A stretch of DNA of 64,000 nucleotides from the IMG/VR virus record IMGVR_UViG_3300032080_000001, positions 32,001 to 96,000 of that record. One strand, 5' to 3'. This DNA comes from a virus. The notes under the pieces were generated by a model. That model had not been told where the DNA came from. It searched no databases and saw only the letters and a program-made list of their open reading frames with translations. This document shows positions 19,442-30,027 of the stretch, one piece after another; position 1 is the first letter of the stretch, and every line of letters starts with the position of its first letter. A program made the translations under genes and the position numbers.

Positions 19442-20869
19442 ATGGATGAACAGACTCTTATCGTAGACCGGCACCTTTGGGTGCATGAGAACCACCCGCT
19501 CGCGGCGAGTATCCGCAAGCGGATGGTTTTCGCGAATCCGGTTTACGAGAACGCCCAGCGGGCGGGGCGGCGTGTGCCGGACGGCGTGGAGAAGGAAATC
19601 GTCCTGTACGAGAAGGTCGGGGTGTACTACCGCTTCCCGCGTGCACTGGTCCACAAGCTACGCGACCGGTTTCCCGTAGTAGACCGGACGGTCGTGGGAG
19701 AGGCAGTGGACATGCCGGTGCTGGTGTCCCCGCGTGACTACCAGGTCGGCGTGCTCGACACCGTGGAGACGGCGCTCCGCGCCAACTACGGCACCGTGAT
19801 GCAGGCAGAAGCTGGGTGGGGCAAGACCATCGGGTCGCTCATTCTGGCGTCGAAGCTCGGGCGGAAGACACTCATCATGGTCCACAAGGAGTTCCTGATG
19901 ACCCAGTGGGTCGAGCGAATCCTGGGGACCGAGGCGGGTCGTAAGAAGCTCGGGGTCAAGGCGAAGCCGAAAGAGGTGCTCGGTCCCGCTCTCGGGTTGG
20001 ACCCCGATGAGGTGGGCATCGTGCAGCAGGACCGCGTCGAGTGGCGCGGAAAGAAAATCGTGGTGGCGATGGTGCAGAGTCTCGCGGCGCGCGAATACGA
20101 AGCAGAGTTCTACGAGAGCTTCGGGCTCATCATCACCGACGAGACGCACCGCGCGGCGGCCCCGACATTCCAAAAGGCTATCACGCTGTTCCCGGCGGCG
20201 AAGCGGCTGGGGGTGACGGCGACGCCGAAGAGGAAGGACGGGTTGGAGGACATCTTCTTCTACCACATTGGCTCCATCTCGGCGCGGGGCAAGGTCCCTC
20301 GGGTCACGCCGCGCATCCAGGTGGTGAAGATGCCGGTGGCGCCGACGCCGGAGGAAGAGAAGAAGATGAAGCGGTTCGGGAAGTGGGACAACGTGCGGGT
20401 CATCGACTACATCACAACCCACCCCTCCCGGAACGCGAAGCTGGTGCAGCTGCTTCTCCAGGCGGCGAGCAAGGGCCGCAAGATTCTGGTACTCTCCGAG
20501 CGGCGGGCGCACCTGGAACTGCTCAAAGAAGAGTTCGTGACGGCCGCGCAGGCGCAGGAGGCTCCGTATTCGACCGACTTCTACGTCGGCGGGATGGACC
20601 TCACGGCGCGGACGCGGGCCGAGCAGATGCAGGTTCTCTTCGCCACCTGGCAGATGGCGGAGGAGGGGCTGGACATCGCCAGCTTGGACACGCTGTTGAT
20701 GGCGACTCCGCGCACCGGCATCGAGCAGGCCGTAGGGCGCATCCAGCGCATCAAGGAAGGCAAGAAGACGCCGGTGGTCGTGGACCCGGTGGACAACCAT
20801 ATCCCGCCGCTCAAGAAGCGCTACGACAAGCGGGACGACGAATACCGTAAACTCGGGTGGGCAGCATGA
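19442..20869 (+). CDS. Superfamily 2 DNA helicase
   Basis: PRDYQ, AGWGKT, DETH, TATPKR, EGLDI, QAVGRIQR; promoter at 19403. Confidence 0.92.
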   Translation: MDEQTLIVDRHLWVHENHPLAASIRKRMVFANPVYENAQRAGRRVPDGVEKEIVLYEKVGVYYRFPRALVHKLRDRFPVVDRTVVGEAVDMPVLVSPRDYQVGVLDTVETALRANYGTVMQAEAGWGKTIGSLILASKLGRKTLIMVHKEFLMTQWVERILGTEAGRKKLGVKAKPKEVLGPALGLDPDEVGIVQQDRVEWRGKKIVVAMVQSLAAREYEAEFYESFGLIITDETHRAAAPTFQKAITLFPAAKRLGVTATPKRKDGLEDIFFYHIGSISARGKVPRVTPRIQVVKMPVAPTPEEEKKMKRFGKWDNVRVIDYITTHPSRNAKLVQLLLQAASKGRKILVLSERRAHLELLKEEFVTAAQAQEAPYSTDFYVGGMDLTARTRAEQMQVLFATWQMAEEGLDIASLDTLLMATPRTGIEQAVGRIQRIKEGKKTPVVVDPVDNHIPPLKKRYDKRDDEYRKLGWAA

Positions 20870-21513
20870 CCGCACCTGCCGTAAGTCTTAACCTGTACGA
20901 ACAGAGCGTTCTTCAAGACCTCGACCTGACAGCTTCCGAACTGGAGAGCCTACTCTCCCGGATGGACAAGGACGTGGTCGGGGAGTCGCTACCGATGAGT
21001 ACGGCGGCCATAGCGGACGCGTACCGTCACGCGCACTACGCGGAGAAGTACGCCAGCGAAGCGAAGGGCCGCATTCGAGTCGAATTGCTCGCCCGGCTGG
21101 GCGCAGGGAAAGAGGACGCGAAGGGCACGGTCGCCTTTCAAGGTTCTACGGCCCGCATCGAGGCTCGACCCCGTACGGCCGCAAAGATGGACGAGGCCGC
21201 GATGACGGCCCTGCTCCAGACGAGGGGGCTGTACGACGAGGCGACCGACGAGACCGTGGCGGTGAACGTGGCTGGGCTCCTCGACGCCATGAGGATGGTG
21301 ACGGACTTCCTCGATAGTAAGGGTCTGGACACGGCGGCGCGGATGCTGAACAACGCGCTCACCGCGAACCTGACCATCACGAAGACCGTCAACGAGAAGA
21401 AGGTGGAGAAGCTCGCTAAGGCGGGCAAGTTGGACCCTCAAGAGGCGGCGGCGTGCTACACGACGACCACCACCTATGCTCTGTACGATGTGACGCAAGG
21501 CTCAACCCCATGA
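20866..21513 (+). CDS. Hypothetical protein
   Basis: Coupled to the helicase gene by an ATGA overlap. Confidence 0.6.
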   Translation: MTAPAVSLNLYEQSVLQDLDLTASELESLLSRMDKDVVGESLPMSTAAIADAYRHAHYAEKYASEAKGRIRVELLARLGAGKEDAKGTVAFQGSTARIEARPRTAAKMDEAAMTALLQTRGLYDEATDETVAVNVAGLLDAMRMVTDFLDSKGLDTAARMLNNALTANLTITKTVNEKKVEKLAKAGKLDPQEAAACYTTTTTYALYDVTQGSTP

Positions 21514-22127
21514 CCCCCCTGACTATGACCCCACGAAAGCGCAAGAAGTCCGAGCGGGAGCTTGCGCGTAACATCGAGTACCAGAAGGAGTACTACGCCG
21601 CCAACCGCGACGAACTCCTCAAGAAGAAGAAGGAGCGGTACCAGGGTGACCCCGAGTACCGGCGCGGCATCAAGGTGCGGGCAAAGCGCAAGCGGTGGCT
21701 GGAGGAGAGGCCGGAACAGAAGGAGTTCCCGCCCTTCGGTATCCTGGCCGAGCTGGAGCCGAAGGGCTCCATCGAGGTGAAGGTGAAGGACCGCCACGAC
21801 GCCCGCCACGGTCAGACCGTCTCGGTGCCCGTCTTCTCGACCGGCGCGGTGGCCGAGCTGCTCGGCCGGGCGCCGGAGGTGCTTCGCCTCTGGTGGAAGC
21901 GCAAGCAGATTCCCGAGCCGTACCACCGGGGTTCGATGGTCCCGGAGAACATGGTGAAGGGGCGCAACCCGCGCCTGTTCACTCTGGACGAGATGCGGGC
22001 CATCGACAACGTGAAGGAGATGCTCAACCTCCCCAGCCGGGGGAGCAGCCACGCGCTGTTCTCGGACAGGCTGACGGAGGAGTTCGAGAAGATGGACCAG
22101 GGTCTCTACCAGGTCCCGAACGCGTAA
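21510..22127 (+). CDS. MerR-like HTH-containing protein
   Basis: FSTGAVAELLGRAPEVLRLWWKRKQIP...RLFTLDE; basic N-terminus. Confidence 0.55.
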   Translation: MTPLTMTPRKRKKSERELARNIEYQKEYYAANRDELLKKKKERYQGDPEYRRGIKVRAKRKRWLEERPEQKEFPPFGILAELEPKGSIEVKVKDRHDARHGQTVSVPVFSTGAVAELLGRAPEVLRLWWKRKQIPEPYHRGSMVPENMVKGRNPRLFTLDEMRAIDNVKEMLNLPSRGSSHALFSDRLTEEFEKMDQGLYQVPNA

Positions 22128-22257
22128 GCGTTCGTAAGAAGACGCACTCCGAGGGGTTCTTACGAGCCCCTCGGTCGCTTTCTGCCCCTTGACAAGTGCC
22201 GGTGCTACGCCTATACTCTACCGGTACACCCGACGAACCCGAACGACGAGAACCTAG

Positions 22258-22581
22258 ATGCCCCCCACTCCGCCCACCGCGCAGACCCCGAAGATTTGGG
22301 TCGAGCGGACCTTCCCGCAGGGCCAGGGCCAGACCTACGAGGAAACTCACCTCGAAGCCCGGACCTTCGCTTCCGTCCCGGCGCGCGTCACCGCCGAGGT
22401 CTCCCGCACCATCAACATGGGGAACTTCGAGTCCATCCGCATCGCGGTGGGCGTCGAGCTTCCGTGCTACCTCGAAGAGGTCGCGGCGGGGCTGCACGAG
22501 GCGTCCTACATCGCCTCGAATTTCCTGGAGGCCGAGAAGGACGCCATCTACCAGGCGCTACAGGGTCCCGGCGGCACCTGA
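22258..22581 (+). CDS. Hypothetical protein
   Basis: Follows the promoter at 22189 (TTGACA-N17-TATACT); contains TINMGNFESIRI, a pattern common in phage proteins. Confidence 0.65.
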   Translation: MPPTPPTAQTPKIWVERTFPQGQGQTYEETHLEARTFASVPARVTAEVSRTINMGNFESIRIAVGVELPCYLEEVAAGLHEASYIASNFLEAEKDAIYQALQGPGGT

Positions 22582-22615
22582 CCCTCCCGCGTCCATCCCA
22601 AGGAATGAGCGACAC

Positions 22616-23902
22616 ATGGCAAACGCAGTTCAGCAGAAGAAGAACCTCATGGCGGCGCTCGGCGCGGTCAACAAGGCGTACGGGGCGGGCACCATCGCGC
22701 TCGCCTCTCAGGTCGCCTTCGCGCACCTGACGCGCATCCCGACCGGCATCTTCTCCCTCGACATGGAAATCGGGGGCGGCCTGCCGAAGGGACGCTTCAC
22801 GATGGTCGTGGGCGAGGAGGCGACCGCGAAGACCACGCTCTTCCTCTTCATCGCGGCAAACTTCCAGCACACTTGCCGGAAGTGCCTCTCGCCGTTCCAG
22901 TGGTACACCGACGAGGAGGTAGACCCGGCGACGGGCGAAATCCTCAAGCAGGACATGGTCGTGACGGAGGCGTGCGCCTGCGGCGCGAACGAGCCGCACA
23001 CCGTCGCACTGTTCGACTCCGAGGGGCACTTCGACCCGATGTGGGCGGCGAGCCTCGGCGTGGACGTTCCCACGCTCATCGTCATCCAGCCGCAGCATGC
23101 GGAGCAGGGCGTGGACGTGGTCAACAAGCTCCTGCGGACCGGGGAGCTGGACCTCGTCGGCATCGACTCCGTGGCGATGATGACGCCCGGCGTCGAGGTG
23201 GAGGAGAGCGCCGAGAAGATGACGGTGGGCAGCATGGCCCGCATCTGGAACAAGGCTATGCGCACTTTCCAGGCGAGCCTCAACTCGCTCGGGATGAACA
23301 ACCCGAACAAGCCCGCCATCTACATGGTGAACCAGTTCCGTGAGAAGGTCGGCGTGATGTACGGCGACCCGACGACCTGGCCGGGCGGCAAGGGGCAGAA
23401 CTTCGCGTCGAGCATCATCATCTCGATGCGGCGCGGGAAGGCCATCGACCAGAACGGAAACGTCGGGGGCAAGGATGATACGAAGGTCGGGAGTGAGTTC
23501 TTCTTCAAGACCGAGAAGAACAAGGTCTTCCCGCCCCTCAAGAAGGGGTCGTTCAAGCTGTACAGCACCGACGTGCCCGCGCTCGGCGTGCGCAAGGGGT
23601 CGGTGAACAACTTCGAGCAGATGATGGGGTACGCGGTGAAGCTCGGCGTCATCAAGCAGAGCGGGGCGTGGTACGACCTGACTTCCACGTTCGGGGACGC
23701 GTTCAAGAACCCTCTCTCGAAGAACGGCACGTTCCAGGGCCTCGACTCGGTGGTCTCCTTCCTCCAGCAGGACAAGGCCAAGGTGAAGACGGTCAGCGAC
23801 CGCATCCTGGCCGAGGTGAAGATGCAGAATCGGGGTGCGCTGCCGTCGAGCGGAGACGAGCCCGAGGTGGTAGACCTGGTGCCGGACGAGGCGGCGGCTT
23901 AA
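22616..23902 (+). CDS. recA: RecA-family recombinase with Cys-rich insertion
   Basis: IPTGIFSLD...GGGLPKGR, IDSVA, NQFREKVGVMYGDP, KNKVFPP, QSGAWY. Confidence 0.92.
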   Translation: MANAVQQKKNLMAALGAVNKAYGAGTIALASQVAFAHLTRIPTGIFSLDMEIGGGLPKGRFTMVVGEEATAKTTLFLFIAANFQHTCRKCLSPFQWYTDEEVDPATGEILKQDMVVTEACACGANEPHTVALFDSEGHFDPMWAASLGVDVPTLIVIQPQHAEQGVDVVNKLLRTGELDLVGIDSVAMMTPGVEVEESAEKMTVGSMARIWNKAMRTFQASLNSLGMNNPNKPAIYMVNQFREKVGVMYGDPTTWPGGKGQNFASSIIISMRRGKAIDQNGNVGGKDDTKVGSEFFFKTEKNKVFPPLKKGSFKLYSTDVPALGVRKGSVNNFEQMMGYAVKLGVIKQSGAWYDLTSTFGDAFKNPLSKNGTFQGLDSVVSFLQQDKAKVKTVSDRILAEVKMQNRGALPSSGDEPEVVDLVPDEAAA

Positions 23903-24236
23903 CGGCCGCTCCTCCTTTCGTACGAACAGAGACGAGCAAAGGACGAGCAGTGGCGACGACGAACGAAATCCTGATGGCCGCGCTAGAGCGCGAGGTGAAA
24001 GCGGCCCAGGGCAAGCTGCGCACAGCGCTGGGCGAGGGGCTCAAGGAGTACAACGAGCGGTTTTCTTCCTACAACGGCCTTCCCGAGTACCAGCGCGCGC
24101 ACCAGGAGGAGCCGAAGCTGCGGAGCACGGTGGACACGTACATCGCCCGCCTTACTGAGGCGCGGGACTACTACGACCAGGTCATGGAGCAGTACCAGAC
24201 CGCGCGCCACGCGGTCGTACGCGAGAGGAGCACCGT

Positions 24237-25187
24237 ATGACTACGAAGGGCCCCGAGTACCAGGACCTGCCGCTCACGCGAGCTTCGGTGCCCGCCCTGG
24301 ATGACTTGCTCGGCAAGGCGGCTCACGTGGGACCCTACGGGTGGGTGCGCGCGCTCGACTACATGGGAAGTGACGCGGCCGTCGTGGAAGCAGCGCGGCA
24401 GTCGTACTACCAACTGGCGGGGAAGCGCCTGGCCGACGACCGGCACCTGCTGCGCTACCTGATGCGGCACTGGCACACGACGCCGTTCGAGATGGCCGTC
24501 ATCAAGTTCCACGTGCGCGCGCCGCTGTATGTGGTGCGGCAGTGGTTCCGGCACCGGACCGGCTCGTTCAACGAGTACAGCTTCCGGTACAGCGAGGCGC
24601 TGCCGTACATCGAGGAGACCGGGGAAGGAAACTTCCGCCTCCAGAGCACGGCGAACAAGCAGGGCTCGGGCGGCATCCTGGGAGAGCAAAAGAACGCGGA
24701 CCTTACAGAAGCCTCGGCATTCGAGGAGAGCCGGACGGCGTACGCGGAATTACTGGAGGCGGGGGTTGCGCGCGAGCAGGCCCGCAAGGTCCTCCCGATG
24801 GCGCAGTACACCGAGTTCGTGTGGAAGGTGGACCTCCACAACCTGCTCAACTTCCTGCGGCTGCGGCTGGACGAGCACGCGCAGGAGGAGATTCGTGAAT
24901 TCGCGGAAGCGGTCGCGGCCTTCGTTACGGCCTGGGTGCCGCACGCGTGGGAGGCGTTCGTGGACTACCGCCTGGAGTCGATGACCCTCACGCGGCTGGA
25001 CATCGAGGTGATGCAGCATCTCGCTTGGTCGGACGCAGAGAGCGCGATGCAGGCGGCCGAGAAGTTTGGCTGGCTCGTCACGCTTCCGGACGGGTCGTGG
25101 AAGACGGTGCGCGAGCGCAGCGAGTTCGAGGTGAAGATGAAGCGCCTCGGCGTAGGGGTCCCCTGGCTGGAGGGGAGCGCGGCATGA
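24237..25187 (+). CDS. thyX: Flavin-dependent thymidylate synthase
   Basis: AARQSY, HTTPFE, RHRTGSFNEYS (RHRx7S), REQARKVLP, HAQEEIRE. Confidence 0.95.
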   Translation: MTTKGPEYQDLPLTRASVPALDDLLGKAAHVGPYGWVRALDYMGSDAAVVEAARQSYYQLAGKRLADDRHLLRYLMRHWHTTPFEMAVIKFHVRAPLYVVRQWFRHRTGSFNEYSFRYSEALPYIEETGEGNFRLQSTANKQGSGGILGEQKNADLTEASAFEESRTAYAELLEAGVAREQARKVLPMAQYTEFVWKVDLHNLLNFLRLRLDEHAQEEIREFAEAVAAFVTAWVPHAWEAFVDYRLESMTLTRLDIEVMQHLAWSDAESAMQAAEKFGWLVTLPDGSWKTVRERSEFEVKMKRLGVGVPWLEGSAA

Positions 25188-25242
25188 GCACCCCGCGCGA
25201 GGCGGCGGCAGCGGTGTTCTACCTGGACTTCAACTACACGGG

Positions 25243-26435
25243 ATGATGAGCAACGGACTACGCATCGAGGTGCGCTACGGCAAGAACGAGCTGTGGCCGA
25301 GTGGCGCGCAGAAGGCCCGCGCACTGCGGGGCATTCAGGAGTTCGCGGAAGCCCTCGACCTGGGTGCCGTGACGATGGACGCGGACCAGGAGGAGCAGGA
25401 ATACCTCCTTCTCTTTACCGCAGGAGACCAGCCGGAGCACGCCTGATGAAGCGGCTCAAGAACGGCACCACCATTGAGGTGACGGAGCGGTCGGGGCAGG
25501 TGCGACAAATCGGTCACGTGCAGGGAGAAACGTTCGTGGCGTTCCGGCGGGACGAGGAGCGCCACCTCTTCCGGGGAGGCTCGGAGACCGCGCAGGACGC
25601 GAGGGAGAACGGCACGGCGGCGTGGGGCTTGGACCTGTCCGCGATGCGGCAGTTGCACGAGAACCACGGCATCCAGTACGTCGAAATCCCGACCGCGCGC
25701 GGCACGTACCGCGCGAAGATGGAGACGGTCATCGGTCCGAAGAGCTTCCAGAAGGAGTTCAGCGGACACCGAGTGCAAACGTTTCTGCCGCTGGGGTACT
25801 GGACGCTGACGCGCGGGGACGCGCGAAAGAAGAGCGCATGAACGAGGCGGTCGCGGACTACTGGTTCGAGAACTACATCGACAAGCACTGCACCCTCTGC
25901 GGCAACAGCGGCGTCATTGACACGACCGGCGTGACTACGGCCGCCGGGGTGCCGGTCGGTCGTAAGAACTACTGCGGTTGCCCGAACGGGCAGCAGAAGC
26001 GCGCACTCAAGGCCAGCATCGTATGAACGGCATCATCTACATCACGGCCGAGGAACACTCAGGGCACCCGCTCAACATCGAGCATACGCACACCAAGCCG
26101 CCGGTCATTCGGGAAGACGACGACACCGGAGCGGGCGGCATCGTCCTCCCACTCGCGGTGGCCCAGGAGGCGAAGGTGACGTGCGTCGTCTGCGGCGTGC
26201 GCCTCATCGAAGGTGAGGACTACGTGGTCCAGGAAGACGAGGTGGAGCCGTGGCGAACCTGAACATTACGGCGCGCGGGCACCATAATCACCGGCTGTAC
26301 CTCTCGCTGCCGACTACCCTGGCGCCCGTAGCCGTGACCGGAACGGTACACTGGGACGTATGGTGTGCCACTTGCGGGGTGTTCTTGCCCGAGACGGAGT
26401 ACGACGCGGAGGTGGCGCGTGCCCCTCGGGAGTAG
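25243..26435 (+). CDS. Cluster of small hypothetical ORFs (25243-25446, 25446-25841, 25838-26026, 26023-26262, 26250-26435)
   Basis: Tightly coupled; several carry CxxC motifs. Confidence 0.55.
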
Positions 26436-26844
26436 GCGGGAGCCGCGCTTCCTGGGCGAGGACCCGAACGAGCGGCGCAAGAAAGGCTTCACCCGACACG
26501 AGAAGAAGCTCGCCAAGGACCTCGGGGGCGTCACGACGGTCGGGTCCGGCAACAAGGGTATGAAGGGCGACGTACACGGCGGCGACCGGGACGCAGGGCA
26601 GCGCATCATGGCTGAGGCCAAGAGCACCCAGGCCCGCCAGATCGCGCTCAAGCTGGACTGGCTGGAGAAGTTGGTCAACGAGGCGTTCGACGCGAGAATG
26701 GAGCCCGCGCTGTTCCTGCGGTTCGACAGCCTGGGCTCGTCCAACTATCAGGACTGGGCGGTCATCCCGAAGAACCGCTACCTGGAGTTGCTCGAACAGG
26801 AGGCCAGCCAGCGCCGCGCCTCCGGCTCTTCGCACGAACCCTAG
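26419..26844 (+). CDS. PD-(D/E)XK Holliday junction resolvase-like protein
   Basis: HEKKLAK..GG....GSG...KGD...EAKST; GGAGGT SD before the GTG at 26419. Confidence 0.7.
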   Translation: MPLGSRREPRFLGEDPNERRKKGFTRHEKKLAKDLGGVTTVGSGNKGMKGDVHGGDRDAGQRIMAEAKSTQARQIALKLDWLEKLVNEAFDARMEPALFLRFDSLGSSNYQDWAVIPKNRYLELLEQEASQRRASGSSHEP

Positions 26845-26922
26845 TACCGGTAGAGTACCGGCTCCGCCATGCGGGGTTGACAACTCTCCTTGATGCGATT
26901 ACATTCCACTACGAGTAAGACG

Positions 26923-27516
26923 ATGTACTACTTGAAGCCGGGCGACGTTACCGTGCTCGGAATCTCCGGGCAGATGGGGAACGGCAAGAGCACGTTGACG
27001 CAGGTGGCGGTCGAGGAGTACGGGTTCGTCCCGCAGTCTCTCGCGCGCCACTTCAAGGTGGACGCCGTCGCGAAGGACGGCCGTAACCCCGCAAGCATCT
27101 TCGGTCCGCACAAGGACCCGGAGGACCGGGACGTGTTGCAGAAGCGCGGGACGGAGGAGGGGCGGATGGTCTACGGCGAGGACGTGTGGCTGCGGCACGC
27201 CGAGGCGCATATGTTCGACCTGGCCGAGCACGGGGTGAAGCTCATCGTCGTGCCCGACGTGCGGTTTCCGAACGAGGTGCGGTGGGTGCAGAGCCTCGGA
27301 GGGAAGGTCTACCGCGTGTTCGGTCGCAAGCCCGAGATGACTGAGGGGCACGAGAGCGAGACCGCCCTGAACGGCTGGAGCTGGCAGAGCCCGGACGGCG
27401 GACGCGGCTTCGACAGCATGCTGGCGAACAGCACCACGCTGGAGGACTTGCAGCGGCAGATGCGGGCGTGCCTGGAGACGGACTACAACCTTCGGAGACT
27501 ACTGAGGACGGCCTAA
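26923..27516 (+). CDS. Deoxynucleoside monophosphate kinase
   Basis: GISGQMGNGKST, RDVLQKRGTE, VPDVRFPNE, HESE. Confidence 0.88.
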   Translation: MYYLKPGDVTVLGISGQMGNGKSTLTQVAVEEYGFVPQSLARHFKVDAVAKDGRNPASIFGPHKDPEDRDVLQKRGTEEGRMVYGEDVWLRHAEAHMFDLAEHGVKLIVVPDVRFPNEVRWVQSLGGKVYRVFGRKPEMTEGHESETALNGWSWQSPDGGRGFDSMLANSTTLEDLQRQMRACLETDYNLRRLLRTA

Positions 27517-27822
27517 CGATGCTCACATCGACGCCTGAGCGGGTAGCTATAGGGCTACGCGACTACATCGCCTGGGAGAGCCGCGCGGTCGCGGACGTGG
27601 AGGTGCGGACGCGGCTCGGACGCCGGTGTGAGGTGCTCATTTCCATGAAGGCGAGCGAGGCGTTGCCCTCCCCCAAGCACCTGGAGCGGGACCTGACGGA
27701 CATGCTCCCCGAGGGGTACACCCTGACGATGAACTGGAAGGCGGATGAACCCGACCGACGAAAGAAGCACCCTGCCAAGCGGAATGCCCGTAAGCGACCG
27801 CCGCCTCGAAAGGGCCGCCGCC

Positions 27823-28362
27823 GTGAGTGAGCGCGCCCGTTTCGCGCACCCCGCGCACGTCGCCCGCTGGCACCGGCTGCACGCGGACGCCGAGCTTCCG
27901 GCGCGCGGCACCCCGCACGCCGCCGGGTACGACCTCAAGGCGTACCTACTCGGCTCGCCGGTGCAGATGACGCAGGGTCCCGAGCTGTTCACGCGGCATG
28001 CGGACACGGAGGCGGAGACGCCGTTCATCGCGCTGATGCCGGGGCAGCGTGCTGTCATCCCCACCGGTCTGCGCGTAGCGCTGCCCGAGAGCGTGGTGAT
28101 GGACGTGCGCCCGCGCAGCGGCACGAGCCTGCGGAAGGGGCTGGAAATCGTGAACGCCCCCGGCACGATTGACGAGGACTACCGGGGCGAGGTGGGCATC
28201 ATCGTGAAGAACGCAACCTCCGCGATGCTGTTTATCGAGCACGGCGAGCGCATCGCCCAGGTGGTCTTCCTCCGGGTCGAACACCCGTTCTTCGAGGACG
28301 CCGACGCGCTGGACGAGACCGAGCGCGGAAACGGCGCCTTCGGCTCTACCGGAGTGAAGTGA
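27823..28362 (+). CDS. dut: Trimeric dUTPase
   Basis: AAGYDL, RPRSG, PGTIDEDYRGE, RIAQ, RGNGAFGSTG. Confidence 0.95.
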   Translation: MSERARFAHPAHVARWHRLHADAELPARGTPHAAGYDLKAYLLGSPVQMTQGPELFTRHADTEAETPFIALMPGQRAVIPTGLRVALPESVVMDVRPRSGTSLRKGLEIVNAPGTIDEDYRGEVGIIVKNATSAMLFIEHGERIAQVVFLRVEHPFFEDADALDETERGNGAFGSTGVK

Positions 28363-28615
28363 TGACCATGACGACTACGAATCTGCTGCTCCTCCTCCTC
28401 GCCGCCTACCTCTGGTTTCAGGGCGGCCTCGGCTGGGCGGCGTGGCACGAACTCAAGGGAGGGCTCAAGCTGACCCTCCTCGGCAAGTCCATCATCGTGG
28501 CGGCGAGCCCCATCTTCACGGCCATCTCCTTCGGGGCGATGGCGCTGGAGGGGTTCAATGTCAACGTCCTCCAGCCCTGGCGGGACTGGCGGAACCGTAG
28601 AAAGGGCATAGGCGC

Positions 28616-29512
28616 GTGAGCGCATTCCTCAAGGCCATCGCCAAGAACAACGCCAAGAAGCGCACCGGCTACGCGGTCCCGCTCATCGAAGAGCACTTAC
28701 TACTCACCGACTTGAGCGAGGACCGCCGCGACAAGATGTTCCACCCGTCTTCCCTGGCGGGTGGCTTTTGTCCACGCGAGTGGTCGCTCTATAACTATCA
28801 CCCCGAGGGGTACACCATCCGCGAGGGTTCGGTAGACCCGCGCCTCGGCCGCATCTTCGGGAATGGCCACGACGTGCACGCCCGCATCCAGTCGTACCTC
28901 GGCGCCCACCTGTGGGGGCTGTGGGTCCGCCGGGTCGATTGGGACAAGCAGAATGACCGCCCGGTGCTGGAGACCCACAAGGGGTTCCGGCCGAGCGGCA
29001 ACGGATGGACCTATGCCGAGGTGAAGCTGCGGCACGAGCCGCACCGCATCCTCGGGAGCACGGACGGGCTGCTGCACATCGACGGCGAGAAGTGGGGCCT
29101 CGAAATCAAGAGCATCAACCCGGACGGCTACCGCTGGCTCCAGGACAAGCCGAGGGTGGTTCATACGAATCAGGTGCTCATTTACGAGCACGCGCTGGAG
29201 TGGGAGCGCACGGCCTCCGGCAAGAAGCACCGGGACGCATTCGACGCATTGCCCCTACGCGGCTTTATCGTCCTGTATGAGAACAAGGGCACGCAGGAGT
29301 TGAAGGAGTACGTCGTGCCCTTCGACGCGCAGCAGGTCGAGGCGTTCATGCAGAGCCGCTTGCTGCTGATGGATGAGGCACTGGAGTTCGAGCGGTCCGG
29401 GGAGCACCCGGCGTGCACGTGCGACGTGGGGAAGGAGTCGCCGCTGTGCAAGGCGTTCCCCGACCCGAACCGCTTCGCCAACTTGTTCAACAAGCTCGTC
29501 GCCTCGCCTTGA
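28616..29512 (+). CDS. Cas4-like / PD-(D/E)XK exonuclease
   Basis: HPSS...CPR, GHDVH, GSTDG, EIKS, QVLIY, and a C-terminal Cys cluster. Confidence 0.75.
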   Translation: MSAFLKAIAKNNAKKRTGYAVPLIEEHLLLTDLSEDRRDKMFHPSSLAGGFCPREWSLYNYHPEGYTIREGSVDPRLGRIFGNGHDVHARIQSYLGAHLWGLWVRRVDWDKQNDRPVLETHKGFRPSGNGWTYAEVKLRHEPHRILGSTDGLLHIDGEKWGLEIKSINPDGYRWLQDKPRVVHTNQVLIYEHALEWERTASGKKHRDAFDALPLRGFIVLYENKGTQELKEYVVPFDAQQVEAFMQSRLLLMDEALEFERSGEHPACTCDVGKESPLCKAFPDPNRFANLFNKLVASP

Positions 29513-29588
29513 CAAAACGGCGTGACCCTATTATCTTGGGTGACGCTTCTTCTTAAAGCCACGCTAACGGTACACTGACGGTACGCTG

Positions 29589-30026
29589 ATGATTCGAGTC
29601 TACCTGGCGGGCGGTCTCAAGACGGACTGGCAGCAGAACGTCATCGACGCTTTCGCGGATGACCGCGAGGTCGAGTTCCTGGACCCACGAGAAGTGAGTC
29701 CGGACGGGGGAGGGATGCTGTTCCTCGCCGCGCAGGTAGAGCGGGAGTGGCTCGACCGCGCGGACATCGTATTTGGTTACGTCGAGGTGGCGAATACGGT
29801 CCCCATCGGACTTGCCGCCGAGTTTGGGTACATCGCCGGAAAGCGGCGCGCGATGACCGGCTCTGCGCCCACGCTCATCCTGGTGAACCAGCTTGAGACG
29901 AGGGGCATGGAGTGGGTTGCCTTCTTCGTGCAGCCCGACCAGTACACTACGTCGCTCGGCCGAGGGCTGGACTTGCTGCGGCACGCTGTCGAGGCGCACC
30001 GGCCCCATCAGCGAAAGGCGGCGTGA
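29589..30026 (+). CDS. Nucleoside 2'-deoxyribosyltransferase-like protein
   Basis: VYLAGG..DWQ, FLDPR, EREWLDRADIV, AEFG; promoter at 29509. Confidence 0.75.
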   Translation: MIRVYLAGGLKTDWQQNVIDAFADDREVEFLDPREVSPDGGGMLFLAAQVEREWLDRADIVFGYVEVANTVPIGLAAEFGYIAGKRRAMTGSAPTLILVNQLETRGMEWVAFFVQPDQYTTSLGRGLDLLRHAVEAHRPHQRKAA

Positions 30027-30027
30027 T

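Noticed and set aside
22196-22615. N-terminal extensions of ORF-track calls (RecA from 22196, primase from 13045, LamG from 48853, 47551 ORF)
   Set aside because: They overlap promoters, tRNAs or other genes; downstream starts with SD sites or coupling fit better.
28616-29512. CRISPR-Cas system around the Cas4-like gene
   Set aside because: No repeat-spacer array or other cas genes were seen; solo Cas4-like nucleases are common in phages.
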